Shown here piece by piece: positions 21,398 to 36,400 of a DNA stretch of 64,000 nt. Source of the DNA: Myxococcota bacterium (GTDB taxonomy: Bacteria > Myxococcota_A > UBA796 > SXON01); the NCBI GenBank assembly GCA_040386535.1, contig JAZKFH010000046.1:1-64000 (forward strand). The letters are read 5' to 3'. The notes under the pieces are model-generated. The model was not told where the DNA came from, made no database searches, and saw only the letters and a program-made list of their open reading frames with translations. The position numbers and the translations under genes were made by a program. Each line of letters starts with the position of its first letter. The stretch's first letter is position 1.

Positions 21398-22783
21398 ATG
21401 CACATCCTCCTCCTCGCGATCCCCGCCGTCCACGCCGTCGTCCCGGCGGAAGTCACGCGCACCCAAGCGCCCGACGCCGCGTACGGGAGCAGCATCGGGC
21501 TCGACATCAACGACGACGGCCGCGTGCTCGTCGAGGCCGGCGGCGTGCCCGCCTACTGGGACGAGGACGGCACGTTCACGGTGCTCGAGGGCTCCCAGTA
21601 CCCGTCCGTGTACGATCTGAACGAGGCCGGGCAGACCGTGGGCGGAGGGGTGGACGGGTTCCTCTGGAACGCGGACGGCACGATCGCGCAGACCGTCGAG
21701 CTCGGCACGCGCGTGATGGCCTACCGGCTCAACGATCTCGGGGACTTCGTCGGGACGTGGCACAATTGGCCGTACACGACGATGCAGGCGTTCGCCTGGT
21801 TCACGACGACCGGAGCGGTGGAGATCACGGGGTTCGAGCGGACGCCGGAGTACGTCTGGCCCTCGGTCAACAACCCCGGCCAGGTGAGCGGGTACTACCG
21901 CGACACCAACGATGACTTCCACTGCTGGTACTGGAGCCGGACGGACGGCTACATGGAGATCTCCGAGGTCTCCGGGGACTGTATCGCCGGCCGGATGACC
22001 GATGCCGGGGTGCTCGCGGGCACGTTCCTGGCGAACACCGGCTCCGACACGCCGTTCGTTTGGTCGGTGGAGGGTGGGCTGGAGCTGCTCGAGCTGCCCG
22101 TCGGCTACTGGGGTTGGACGGGGGGGATGAACCGCCAGGGGTGGGTGACCGGCTGGGGCGAGGACGCGAGCGGCGCCTCCGTGGGGCTCGTCTGGGACGG
22201 TTCGGGCGCGCTCGTGCACGAGATCCGCGACGAGCGGTGGCCCACGCTGCGGTTCCGGGACATCAACGACCAGGGGCACGTGTCGGGCGTGGGAGAGACC
22301 GCCAGCGGCCACGTCGAAGCGCTGTTCTGGAGCGAGGCGACCGGGCTGGTGCTCCTGCCGGGCATCGGTGGCACGAGCACGTTCGCGGGCGGCCTCAACG
22401 AGCTCGACCAGGTCGTCGGCACGGGGAAGGACGCCGCGGGCCGCCAGCACGCCCTCCGCTGGGACGTCTCCTACGACACCGAGGTGCCGGTGGACGAGGC
22501 CCTCCAGGAGATCGTCACCTTCGTCGACGCCGCCGTGGCCGCCGGGACGCTCGTGGGCTCGGGGAGGGGCGGCTCCGCGGACGGCCGGCTCGCCGCGCTC
22601 GTCAACATGCTGGAGGCGGTAGAAGATCTGCTCGCCGTGGGTGACGTGGACGGCGCGCGGGAGCAGCTCCTCGCCGTGCTCGACCGCACCGACGGCGCGC
22701 CTCAGCCCCCCGACTTCGTCGCGGGCTCGGCCGCGGCGGAGCTCGCCGCCCGCGTGACGGAGCTCCTGGCCGAGCTGGAGTAG
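21398..22783 (+). CDS. Secreted protein with HAF-like extracellular repeats and a helical C-terminal domain
   Basis: Repeats INDDGRV, LNEAGQTVG, LNDLGDFVG, INDQGHVSG, LNELDQVVG..HALRW; GGAG upstream of the ATG. Confidence 0.75.
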   Translation: MHILLLAIPAVHAVVPAEVTRTQAPDAAYGSSIGLDINDDGRVLVEAGGVPAYWDEDGTFTVLEGSQYPSVYDLNEAGQTVGGGVDGFLWNADGTIAQTVELGTRVMAYRLNDLGDFVGTWHNWPYTTMQAFAWFTTTGAVEITGFERTPEYVWPSVNNPGQVSGYYRDTNDDFHCWYWSRTDGYMEISEVSGDCIAGRMTDAGVLAGTFLANTGSDTPFVWSVEGGLELLELPVGYWGWTGGMNRQGWVTGWGEDASGASVGLVWDGSGALVHEIRDERWPTLRFRDINDQGHVSGVGETASGHVEALFWSEATGLVLLPGIGGTSTFAGGLNELDQVVGTGKDAAGRQHALRWDVSYDTEVPVDEALQEIVTFVDAAVAAGTLVGSGRGGSADGRLAALVNMLEAVEDLLAVGDVDGAREQLLAVLDRTDGAPQPPDFVAGSAAAELAARVTELLAELE

Positions 22784-22823
22784 GCCGAGCGCGCGCCAAA
22801 CGAGAGCGGCGGGACCACCACGT

Positions 22824-23414
<591 letters not shown>

Positions 23415-23625
23415 GGACCAGGCCCTCCGATGGCCCGGCGCATTGTACGAGGCTCGGCCCAGGCTCGCGCGGTGAACCTGGAGCGCGGGCCCGGCGGAAT
23501 CGGGCCCGGCGGCCGGAACCAACGTCTCCGCCGAGCGTTCCACGGCCATGTCCCTCGTCTTTCGATCGGGGGCCGGGGGGTGGTCGCGAGGCCGCGCATC
23601 GGGTACCCCGTGCCGAGGAGTACGC

Positions 23626-25035
23626 GTGCGCCCTACCCATCGGCCCTTCGTCGCGAGTCTGATCGTGTTCGCGGCGTGCAGCCCCGACTACAAGCTCGAC
23701 CGCACCGCCGCGCGAGTCGTGGTGAGCCCGGGCCTCGTGGACGTGGGTGTGGTGGCGATCGGCGGCTCCACCTCCGGCGAGATCACGGTCACGAGCGTGG
23801 CGGGAGGCGACGTCGAGGTGGTCGCCGCCGAGCTCCTCGTGCTCGAAGGGGACGGGTTTTCGGTCGGAACGCTCCCCGTGGTGCCGCAGGAGGGCGCCGC
23901 GGCGCTCACCGTCAGCTTCTCCCCGTCCGAGGTGGGGTACCACCTCGCCCGCCTCACCCTCACGACCGACGAGCCAAGGAACAACCTCCACGTCGTCGAT
24001 CTGCGCGGCGCCGCGGGCATCGCCGCCGCCGAGGTGTGGCCCTCCGTGCTCGATTTCGGCCCGGTAGGCGCGGGCACCACCGCGGATCTGCCCTTCACCT
24101 TCGCGAACACCGGCGACATCGATCTGACGGTCGGCTCCGGCATCCTGGAGGGTGGCGGCCCCTTCACGCTCTCGACGGCCACGCCGGTGCACGTCGTCGC
24201 GGGGGACACCGCCGCCTTCGTCGTCACCTTCTCCCCGATCGACGCCGCGCCGGCCGGCAGCGCGCTCTCCTTCCTGCTGGACGCGGTCTCGCCGGTCCTG
24301 ACGCTCCGCGGCAACGACTGCGCGAACGGCACCGCCGCCCGCTACGACACCGACGGCGACGGCTACACCACCTGCGCGCCCGACTGTGACGACGGCCGCG
24401 CGGACGTACACCCCGGCGCCGCCGAGAGTTGTGACGGCGCCGACGAGGACTGTGACGGCCGGGTGGACGAGGGCACGCCCTGCGCGGACGACGATGGCGA
24501 CGGCGTGACGGAGGACGACGGGGACTGCAACGACGGCGACGCCACGGTTGCCCCCACCGCGGCCGAGACCCCCGACAACGGCGTGGACGACGACTGTGAC
24601 GGCGTCATCGACCGCGGCACCGAGGACACCGACGGCGACGGCTACGCGACCGAGGGCGGCGACTGCGCTCCGGCCGACCCGAGCGTCTACCCCGGCGCGC
24701 CGGAGCTCGAAGACGGCCTGGACAACGACTGCGACGGGCGTACCGACGAGGGCACGTCCCTCTACGACGACGATGGGGACGGCATGACCGAGGCCGGCGG
24801 CGACTGTGACGACACGGATGCCACGGTCTACGCCGGCGCGCGCGAGGCCGCCGACGGCGCGGACGACGACTGTGACGGCACGGTCGACGAGGGCACCAGC
24901 TTCGGGGACGACGACGGCGACGGGTGGACCGAGACCGGCGGCGACTGCGACGACACCGAGGCCGCGGTGCACCCGGGGGCCGAGGAGCTCGACGGTGACG
25001 GCACCGACAACGACTGCGACGGGACGGTGGAGTGA
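23626..25035 (+). CDS. Lipoprotein with two ASH/choice-of-anchor D-like domains and MopE-like repeats
   Basis: GAGGAG then GTG at 23626; FAAC lipobox; LDFGPV..FANTG; DCDD..PGA..DNDCDG repeats. Confidence 0.8.
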   Translation: MRPTHRPFVASLIVFAACSPDYKLDRTAARVVVSPGLVDVGVVAIGGSTSGEITVTSVAGGDVEVVAAELLVLEGDGFSVGTLPVVPQEGAAALTVSFSPSEVGYHLARLTLTTDEPRNNLHVVDLRGAAGIAAAEVWPSVLDFGPVGAGTTADLPFTFANTGDIDLTVGSGILEGGGPFTLSTATPVHVVAGDTAAFVVTFSPIDAAPAGSALSFLLDAVSPVLTLRGNDCANGTAARYDTDGDGYTTCAPDCDDGRADVHPGAAESCDGADEDCDGRVDEGTPCADDDGDGVTEDDGDCNDGDATVAPTAAETPDNGVDDDCDGVIDRGTEDTDGDGYATEGGDCAPADPSVYPGAPELEDGLDNDCDGRTDEGTSLYDDDGDGMTEAGGDCDDTDATVYAGAREAADGADDDCDGTVDEGTSFGDDDGDGWTETGGDCDDTEAAVHPGAEELDGDGTDNDCDGTVE

Positions 25036-25037
25036 CC

Positions 25038-27071
25038 ATGTTGACCCTCCTGCTCCTCTCCGCCCGCGCCTACGCCGACTGCGACTCGCTCACCGTCCTG
25101 GAGGACTTGACCTGCTCCTCCACCGTGAGCGGACAGATCACGAGCAGCACCGAGAGCGAGCTCGGCGGAACCTCGATCTCGACCTACTACACGTGCGGTT
25201 CGCCGTACGCGCCGCTGTCCCAGACCGCGGGCGACAACGTGTACTCGTTCACGTGCCAGGCCACCGGCACGGTGACGCTGGACGTGAGCGGGCTCGACTG
25301 TGACCTCGACATGTACGTGCTCGGCAGCACGTGCAGCGCGTTCTCCGATTGCGATGCGGGCTCGACCGCGTCGAGCACCAGCACCGACTCGGTCACCTTC
25401 TCGTGCACCGCGTTTTCGACCTACTACGTGGTCGTCGAGGGCTACGGCTACACCTCCGGCGCGACCGGCTCGGGCCGCTGCCGCGAGGGTGAGGGGAACT
25501 ACACCCTGACGTTCGACGTGTCGGCCGGCACCGGCTGCCCCGAGGACTGTGACGACGGCGGGGACGACGACTTCGACGGCGACATCGACTGCGACGACCT
25601 CGACTGCGAGGACGACCCAGCATGCGCTTGCGACGCGGATGCGGACGGCTACGAGGTCACCACGTGTGGCGGCACCGATTGTGACGACACGGACGCCTCC
25701 GTGCACCCCGGCGCGACCGAGACCTGCGACGGCGTGGACGAGGACTGTGACGGCACCATCGACGACGGCGCGACCGGCTCGTCCACCTGGTACCGGGACG
25801 CCGACGGCGACCGCTTTGGCGACGCGCGCACGTCGAGCCGCTCCTGCTCGCCCCCCTCCGGGTACGTCTCCAATGACGACGATTGCGACGACACCGCCGC
25901 CACGGTCTACCCGGGCGCGGACGAGGTCGCGTACGACGGCATCGACCAGGACTGCGACGGGGCCGATGTCACCGACATCGACGGCGACGGCGAGGACGCC
26001 GACTGGGCCGGCGGTACCGACTGCGACGACACGGACGCGAGCGTGTACCCAGGCGCGGCCGAGCGGGCCGACGGGGTGGACGGGGACTGTGACGGCACGG
26101 TCGACGAGGGCACGACCTGGTACGACGACGACGGCGACGGGTGGACCGAGAACGGCGGCGACTGCAACGACGCGGACGCCTCCATCTCGGCGGGCACAGT
26201 CGAGGTCGCGGACGGCGTGGATCAGGACTGCGACGATCTCATCGACGAGGGCACGACCGCCTACGATGACGACGGGGACGGCACCAGCGAGGACCGCGGC
26301 GACTGCAACGACGGCGACGCGGCCGTGCGCCCGGGCGCCACGGAGGTGGAGGGAAACGGGATCGACGACGACTGTGACGGCAGCGTGGACAGCCAGGTCG
26401 CGGACCCCGATCTGGACGGCTACGCCTCCGAGCTGGACTGCGCGGCGGACGACGCGACGGTGTACCCGGGCGCTCCCGAGACCGCGGACGGCGTGGACGA
26501 CGACTGCGACGGCCTGATCGACGAGGGCACCGGCGCCTACGACGACGACGGCGACGGCGCGTCCGAGGCCGCGGGCGACTGTGACGACAGCGACTCCGCC
26601 GTGTTCCCGGGCGCGGCGGACGGCGCGAACGGGATCGACGACGACTGCGATGGCGAGGTGGATGAGGGCACGCTCTCCTCCGACGACGACGGCGACGGCT
26701 TCTCCGAGGAGGGCGGCGACTGTGACGACGCCGACGGGGCCGTGCACCCGGGCGCCGCCGAGACCGCCAACGGCGAGGACGACGACTGTGACGGGCGCGC
26801 GGACGAGGGCCTGGACGACGCCGATCTCGACGGCGTGACCGCGGCCGAAGGCGACTGTGACGACGAGAACGGCTGGGTGCGGCCGGATCTGCTCGAGATG
26901 TGCGACGGGGTCGACAACAACTGCGACGGGGGCACGGACGAGGGCTGCCCCGACGAGGAGGGCGAGACGCCGGAGGCCGGCCCGTGTGGGTGTGGCACCG
27001 GCGGCGGCGCCGGCGCGGTGGCGCTCGGGCTGGCCCTGGCGCTCGTCAGCGCGCGTCTCCGTCGCAGATGA
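25038..27071 (+). CDS. Secreted protein with N-terminal PPC-like domain, many MopE-like repeats and a MYXO-CTERM-like tail
   Basis: AYA signal, DLDMYV..YYVVVEGY..NYTL; repeats; tail CGCGTGGG..ALGLALALVSARLRRR. Confidence 0.82.
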   Translation: MLTLLLLSARAYADCDSLTVLEDLTCSSTVSGQITSSTESELGGTSISTYYTCGSPYAPLSQTAGDNVYSFTCQATGTVTLDVSGLDCDLDMYVLGSTCSAFSDCDAGSTASSTSTDSVTFSCTAFSTYYVVVEGYGYTSGATGSGRCREGEGNYTLTFDVSAGTGCPEDCDDGGDDDFDGDIDCDDLDCEDDPACACDADADGYEVTTCGGTDCDDTDASVHPGATETCDGVDEDCDGTIDDGATGSSTWYRDADGDRFGDARTSSRSCSPPSGYVSNDDDCDDTAATVYPGADEVAYDGIDQDCDGADVTDIDGDGEDADWAGGTDCDDTDASVYPGAAERADGVDGDCDGTVDEGTTWYDDDGDGWTENGGDCNDADASISAGTVEVADGVDQDCDDLIDEGTTAYDDDGDGTSEDRGDCNDGDAAVRPGATEVEGNGIDDDCDGSVDSQVADPDLDGYASELDCAADDATVYPGAPETADGVDDDCDGLIDEGTGAYDDDGDGASEAAGDCDDSDSAVFPGAADGANGIDDDCDGEVDEGTLSSDDDGDGFSEEGGDCDDADGAVHPGAAETANGEDDDCDGRADEGLDDADLDGVTAAEGDCDDENGWVRPDLLEMCDGVDNNCDGGTDEGCPDEEGETPEAGPCGCGTGGGAGAVALGLALALVSARLRRR

Positions 27072-28005
27072 CCGGCCCCTTCTGGGGGTAGACCATCGCG
27101 ACGGCGACACACATCTCATGGGGAAAGGAGAGCGTCTCGTCCGTGTCGTTGAACCACTCGCACGTCGTGCGGAAGGTGGTGCCCGCGGGGAGGAGCAGCT
27201 CGTCCTGCGCGTACGTGCTCACCACGGGATCGTCGCGGTACGCGGGGTCCCACTCCTCGACCGCGTAGAACGGGGTCGCGACAGCGTCCACCATCTGCTC
27301 CACGGTGAAGCGGGCGCCCCACTCGTGCATGTGGCCGAGGAACGTGTGGAGGTTCCACGCCTCGGGGGTGGTGCAGGAGAACTCGGTCGACGAGGCCACG
27401 CCGGGCGGGAGCGAGAAGTCCTGGCGGCTGAACACGAACGGGGCCGCCCAGAGGGTGACGGCCTCCGTCGGCACCGTGGCGAGCACGGCGAGGTCGCGGA
27501 CCCGCATGGTGGTGAGCCCGTAGTTGATGTAGTGCGCCTGGAGCACGTAGCGCTGGCCCGCCTCGAGCTCGACCGCCATGCCGTCCGCGAGCCCCACGCC
27601 GAAGTCGGTCGGCACGCCGTCCACGGTGGTGTGCTCGGCGATGATGAGCGGCTCCATGTCGGCCATGGAGAAGGTGCCGCCCTGGCTGGTGCAGTCCACC
27701 ACGGTGCCGTCGGGGATGTCGATCGCCGGCGCGGTGGTGCCGAGCAGCTGCAGGTGGTGGCCCCCAAGCGCCTGCCACGTGCGCACGGCGTGCAGGCCCA
27801 CGTCGGGGCCGGTCCACGTGCCGAACGTACACGTCATCACGTCGTCGCCCGGCGCGAGCACGAAGTCGGGGCCCTCGAGCAGCACCTCTCCCTCGGCGAG
27901 GGCGCCCACGTCGGCGGGGTCGATGCGCGCGTCCTCGACGTCGGGGCCGTCGGGCGCGTCGCCGGGGAGGGTCGTACAGGCGGTCAGGAGCAGGAGCATC
28001 GGCAC
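27046..28005 (-). CDS. Copper type II monooxygenase-like (PHM/DBH-type) lipoprotein
   Basis: LLLLTAC; GHHLQL, QAHYIN, GHMHEWG, HEMC match CuH/CuM ligand spacing. Confidence 0.7.
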   Translation of the reverse strand: MPMLLLLTACTTLPGDAPDGPDVEDARIDPADVGALAEGEVLLEGPDFVLAPGDDVMTCTFGTWTGPDVGLHAVRTWQALGGHHLQLLGTTAPAIDIPDGTVVDCTSQGGTFSMADMEPLIIAEHTTVDGVPTDFGVGLADGMAVELEAGQRYVLQAHYINYGLTTMRVRDLAVLATVPTEAVTLWAAPFVFSRQDFSLPPGVASSTEFSCTTPEAWNLHTFLGHMHEWGARFTVEQMVDAVATPFYAVEEWDPAYRDDPVVSTYAQDELLLPAGTTFRTTCEWFNDTDETLSFPHEMCVAVAMVYPQKGPVICDGDAR

Positions 28006-28006
28006 C

Positions 28007-28474
28007 TCAGCAGGGGTGGAGCAGATCCAGGGTCGCGACGATCGGCGTCTCGGCGGCGCCCACCACGAGGACCTTGTTGCTGTTGGGGACGGTCACCGGA
28101 TCGGCGCAGTCGCAGCCGTTCGCGTCGCCGTCCAGGCAGGCGAGGACCCACACCGGGCCCGGGTCGAGCGGCGGCGTGGTCGCGGACACCGCGCTCGCGG
28201 CGCCGTCGCCGAGATCGAGCGGCGCGGTGACGAACTCGTAGATGGGCACGGCGCCGTCCAGCGGGCCCGCCGCGGTGCAGTCCGTCTCGGCGTACACGGC
28301 CCCCAACACGGTGCCGGTGGGCGGCTCGGCCATCTCGGGGACGAGGTCGGTGTCCAGCTGGAACGCGACCGCGAGCGTGCCCGGGTCACCGACGGGTTGG
28401 AGGGCGGCGCTGTCGTCCGGGAGCTCGCCCTCTACCGGAACCCCGACACACGCGAACAGGAAAAGGGCCACCAC
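28007..28474 (-). CDS. Hypothetical lipoprotein
   Basis: LFLFAC; LDGDANG motif; tightly linked to the downstream gene. Confidence 0.65.
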   Translation of the reverse strand: MVALFLFACVGVPVEGELPDDSAALQPVGDPGTLAVAFQLDTDLVPEMAEPPTGTVLGAVYAETDCTAAGPLDGAVPIYEFVTAPLDLGDGAASAVSATTPPLDPGPVWVLACLDGDANGCDCADPVTVPNSNKVLVVGAAETPIVATLDLLHPC

Positions 28475-28579
28475 GGGAACCTCGCCGGCGCGGGCAGGTT
28501 CGACGGTTCTCCGCGTCGGACCTCCCGCTTCCAGGAGAGGGATAGTCCCCGCGCGGGGTGTCGGCGCGGGCTCGTCGCT

Positions 28580-32188
<3,609 letters not shown>

Positions 32189-32253
32189 GCGGGGCTCCGA
32201 GGCGAGGAAGGGGCGGTGGTGCCGCAGCCTACCTCGCCGTCCGAAGCCCGCCT

Positions 32254-32281
32254 GACTCACGTCTGGCTCAAACCGGGCTCA
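32254..32281. promoter_or_regulatory. Putative TF box, three 11-bp-spaced G(G/A)CTCA units
   Basis: GACTCA 32254, GGCTCA 32265, GGCTCA 32276; a TAGGCT -10-like hexamer lies at 32226-32231 on the minus strand. Confidence 0.45.
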
Positions 32282-32301
32282 CCACGCGTCCACCCCCTCC
32301 G

Positions 32302-33318
32302 TCACCGCGTGTGGAGCGTGTACCGCAGCGTCTCGACCAGCTCGTCGCTCGCGTCGGCGGTCAGGGGGAAGGTCGAGAAGACGACTCCGCCGTCGCCATC
32401 CAGGAAGCGGTAGAGCAGCGGTACGGCCGAGAGCGTGTATTCGGAAAAGCCGTCCTCGAAGCTCACGTCGCCCCGGAGCAGGTCGCTCGCCTCGTCTCCG
32501 AGGTTCAGCACGGGGGGCCACGCCGCGGCGTAGGTGACGGGCACCCCCGAGGCGCCGACGAACGCGGCGAGCGCTGCGTTGTCCGCGAGGGCGTCCACCG
32601 GCTCGGCCACGCCCATCTCGGCGTCGTCCGGGATCTCGTCCGCGCCCGCGAAGTTGGCCTGATCGGGCCAGCCGATCTCGGCCACGTCGTAGGCGCGCTC
32701 GGTGGCGAACACCACGCCGCCCGCGTCGACGAAGTCCCGGATGTTCTGCATCCGCGCGGCGACGGCCACGTTCGTGGGATCGGTCACGTCGTGGATGACG
32801 CCGGCTTCGACGAAGCCGCCCTCGAACACGACCAGCGCATAGGCGCCGAGCGCCGTCGGGTCGTCCAACAGCGCCGAGACCGCCGCGGTGTCGCTGCCGT
32901 CGAGCGTGGTGACCGTCGTGATGGCGACCTGCTCCAACGCGGCCACCGCCTCGCTGCCCGGGCCCGTGATCACCAGTACATCCTGCGTGAACGCGTCGAG
33001 GCAGGCGGGCTCCTCGAGCGCCACGGTGTCCCCAGCGGCCACCCACACGGTGTAGGTGTCGACGATGTCCACGCCGACCTGCACGGTGAACGTGTACTCC
33101 GCGTCGCCGGGGAGGTTCGCCAGCGTGAAGCGCCCGTCCGCGTCCGCGGTGGTGACCAGGTCGAGTGATTCTACGGTCACGACGGCGCCGGGCGCCCAGG
33201 TGCGGGACGCGGGTGCGCAGGCGCGGCCTGCGATCGCGCCCGGATCGACGGTGGGCGAGGCCTCCGGAGGGCCGTCTGCACAGGCGAGGAGGAAGAGGGG
33301 CAGGATTCGGACGAGCAC
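32302..33318 (-). CDS. Lipoprotein with carboxypeptidase-regulatory-like (Ig) domain and a class I glutamine amidotransferase-like region
   Basis: FLLAC; TTADADGRFTLANLP; NIRDFVDAGGVVFAT. Confidence 0.65.
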   Translation of the reverse strand: MLVRILPLFLLACADGPPEASPTVDPGAIAGRACAPASRTWAPGAVVTVESLDLVTTADADGRFTLANLPGDAEYTFTVQVGVDIVDTYTVWVAAGDTVALEEPACLDAFTQDVLVITGPGSEAVAALEQVAITTVTTLDGSDTAAVSALLDDPTALGAYALVVFEGGFVEAGVIHDVTDPTNVAVAARMQNIRDFVDAGGVVFATERAYDVAEIGWPDQANFAGADEIPDDAEMGVAEPVDALADNAALAAFVGASGVPVTYAAAWPPVLNLGDEASDLLRGDVSFEDGFSEYTLSAVPLLYRFLDGDGGVVFSTFPLTADASDELVETLRYTLHTR

Positions 33319-33410
33319 GGGGCCTCCGGTGCGGGTCGCCCGGTGGAACGACGCTGCAGGTGGTCCAGCATCGATCGGCCCGCGCGCCGCCGCAAGCGGA
33401 ATTGCCTAGG

Positions 33411-36400
33411 TCACTCGTACAACCCCGCCGCCGTGAGTTGGTCGATGAGCGCCGCGGTCCGCTCCGGAAAGAACTCGGTCATCAGGCGGTCGTACTCGAT
33501 CTGCCACTCGACGTCGCGGGTGTAGGGCACGGTGCGGTAGGTGTCCCCCCAACGCGCGGACTCGGCGAGCAGGGCCGCGTAGATCTCGTCGGCGCGGGCC
33601 TCGTAGCGGGCGGCGGCCTTGGCGGGCGTCAGGGCGCCCTCCCCTTCGAGGTGCTCGCGCGCGCGGGCGGCGAAGCGGGCGCGGAAGTCCGCGTTGTCAC
33701 GCAGGCGGGTGTAGACGTGGGAGATCGACCCGGCGACGTCGATGTCGACGAAGCCATCGTCCGACGCGCCCCACAAGCTGTACTCCATGTCCCACACGAA
33801 GAAGCGGAACTGCTCGCCGTCCACCCGGCGCCGGAGGCCGCGCATGTTGTTGCTCTCGAAGCAGCACGGACCGTCGCGATTGACCGTATATTGGTTGATG
33901 AGCATGTAGTCGATGAGCGCGTCCAGATCGAGCATCTCCTCGACCGCGGCGTAGGCGGACGCATCGGTCAGATCGGCCTCGGCGCGGGCGAGCAGCTCGT
34001 TGTACGCGTCCAACGTGCCGTCCACCGCCTCGTTCGTGGAGGTGCGCCGGTTGATCGCGTCGTACTCGTCGGCGTCGCCACCCAGGTACTCCTCGCCGAA
34101 GCCCGCCTCGGGGCGCTCCACCGGGTTGTACAGGCCCCAATACAAGCCGTTCAGGTACAGGTGCACGTAGGTCGCGTGCCCGTCGAGCTTGCCCATGTCC
34201 CGCGCGGTGTCACGCGCAAAACTGTCGTGCAGGTACTGGGCCTGCGCGGGGTCGCGAAAGTCGAGCCAGGTCTTGCTGCCGCCGGCGCGGAGCACGATGC
34301 TGTCAAAGCGATCGACGGGCGCGTCGGGGAAGATCGGGTACTCCAGCTTGGGCGCCCCGTACTCGCGGGAGAACTCCAGCCGAAACGAGTGCTTCTTCGT
34401 GTTGGAGTGGTAGCGCCACCCGTAGCCGTGTACGCGCAGGCCGCAGTCCTCCGCGAACGCGGTCGAGCCGTCGGGCAGGATCCACTCGGCGGACGCGGCG
34501 CGCTCCCACGCGTCGCCCCGCTCGGTGCTGTTCTCGTAGAGCCCGGTCGTGCCGAAGAGGGCGTCCGGGTCGGTGACGATGGAGAGGGTCGGGATCGAGC
34601 GCAGCGCCTCGATGATCGCGGCGGGATCGGCGTCGACGACCTCGGGGTCCATCTCGTAGTCGCCGCTGACCGGCTCCTCGGACGCGCTGTCCCACACCGC
34701 CGGCAGGCCGGCGGGGGCGGCGGGCTGCTGGACCACGTCGGCGAGGAACAAGTATGTGTGCGTCACGATGTCGCTCGCGGCGTACCCGTCGCGGAAGGTG
34801 GCGGCGCGCAAGAGCGCGGTGGTGGAGACGGTCCGCTCGGTGACCGCGCCCGCGTCGGTGGCGGCCACGACGGTGCCGTGGTCGAGCGTCGGGGCGCTCC
34901 CGTCGGTCGTGTAGACCAGCGTGGCGCCGGGCGGCGCGGTGAGGGTGGCGGTGAACGCGGCGTCGTAGAAGCCGCGCGCCGGGGTGATGATCGGGGCGTC
35001 GACGAACCCGGCGAAGCCCGCGCCGTTGGGGGCGCCGGGGGTCGGGGTGTCGAAGTACGCCGGATCGCCGTCGGTGATCGTCTCGGCGACGAGTGTGGGC
35101 CGGAGGAGCAGATCGTCGTCGTCCGCGGCCACGTTGAGGCCGGCGAGGGCGAACACGCCGGGGCCCGCGGCGAACGCGCGCGGATCGAGGACGAACACCT
35201 CGGCCGTGGCGCCGTCGTGCGCGGCGGTGGCGAACGTCCCGCCGTCGTTGGCGGAGGCGACGGGGACGCCGTCGATCCACGCGGCGAAGCCGTCGTCGTA
35301 GGCGACCGTGAGCGTGGCGCGCGTCGGGGCGACTGCCAAGGTGTACGGCGCGCGCACGTAGGCGGGGGCGCCGGCGATGTCCGTCGTGATCGCGGACGCG
35401 TAGGGGGACGCGGGCGTGCCGGTGATGTCGACATCCACGAGGGTCAGCCACTCGCTGGAGTAGGTGCCGCCCACGGCGGTCTTGGAGACGCGCACGGTCC
35501 GCGCGATCACCGGGGGTGTCACCTCGAAGGTGAAGCGGTCGCCTGGATTGGTGGGGGTGGCGTCGGCGGCGACCGGGTTGAGCACGTCGGACGACCACAC
35601 CACGAGCCCGTCGGCGTCGAGGGCGGTCACGACCACGTTGTAGAGCCGCTCGCCGCAGCAGTCGAGCCGGTTCGACAACGCGACGGCGCTCACGACGTGG
35701 TCGGCCTCGAGGTCGACCTCCCACCACGGCGAGAAGTCTCCGGTGGCGGTGTGGGTGAACGTGCCGGGCACCCCGTCCGCCGCGTACCCGGCAGGGTAGC
35801 CGCCCCACTCGCTCGATTGGGTCGCGGGCTTGTCGAGCGCGACGTTGCCGGGCGTGGCGTCGGTGGCGCCGCCGTCGAAGCCCACGCCGAGGAGGACCGC
35901 GGCCCACGCGGTGTCGTCGAACGCGGGGGCGGTCCAGCCCGCGGGCGCGTCGGTGCCGAGCCTCGCGGGGGTGCCGTCGGTGGCGAGCGTGGTGGTCACC
36001 ACGTCCTGGGCGAAACCCCACGACACGTCCTCGGGGAGCGCGGGCACGTCGACCTCGTCGGCCACGGAGCCGTCGGGACGCGCGAGCGTGATCGTCTCGC
36101 CGGCGGCGTCGATCTTGAAGGGGACGTGGAGCTCTCCCTCGCCGGCCCCGTCTCCAGATGCAAACACCACCACGAAGGCGCCGCCGCCGAGCGTGCCGGC
36201 GAGCGTGCCCGAGGCCCCGCCGTCCGCGAGGGTCCACCCCGCGAGGTCGACCGGATCGGGCCCGGGGTTGTACAGCTCGATCCAATCGGGGCTCGTGCCG
36301 TCCGCGGCGTCGAGGGCGCCGGAGTTGTCGGACATCACCTCGGAGATGCGCACGATCGCGCCGGGCTCGACCGGGGCGGTGTCGTCGGGGGCGGTGTCGT

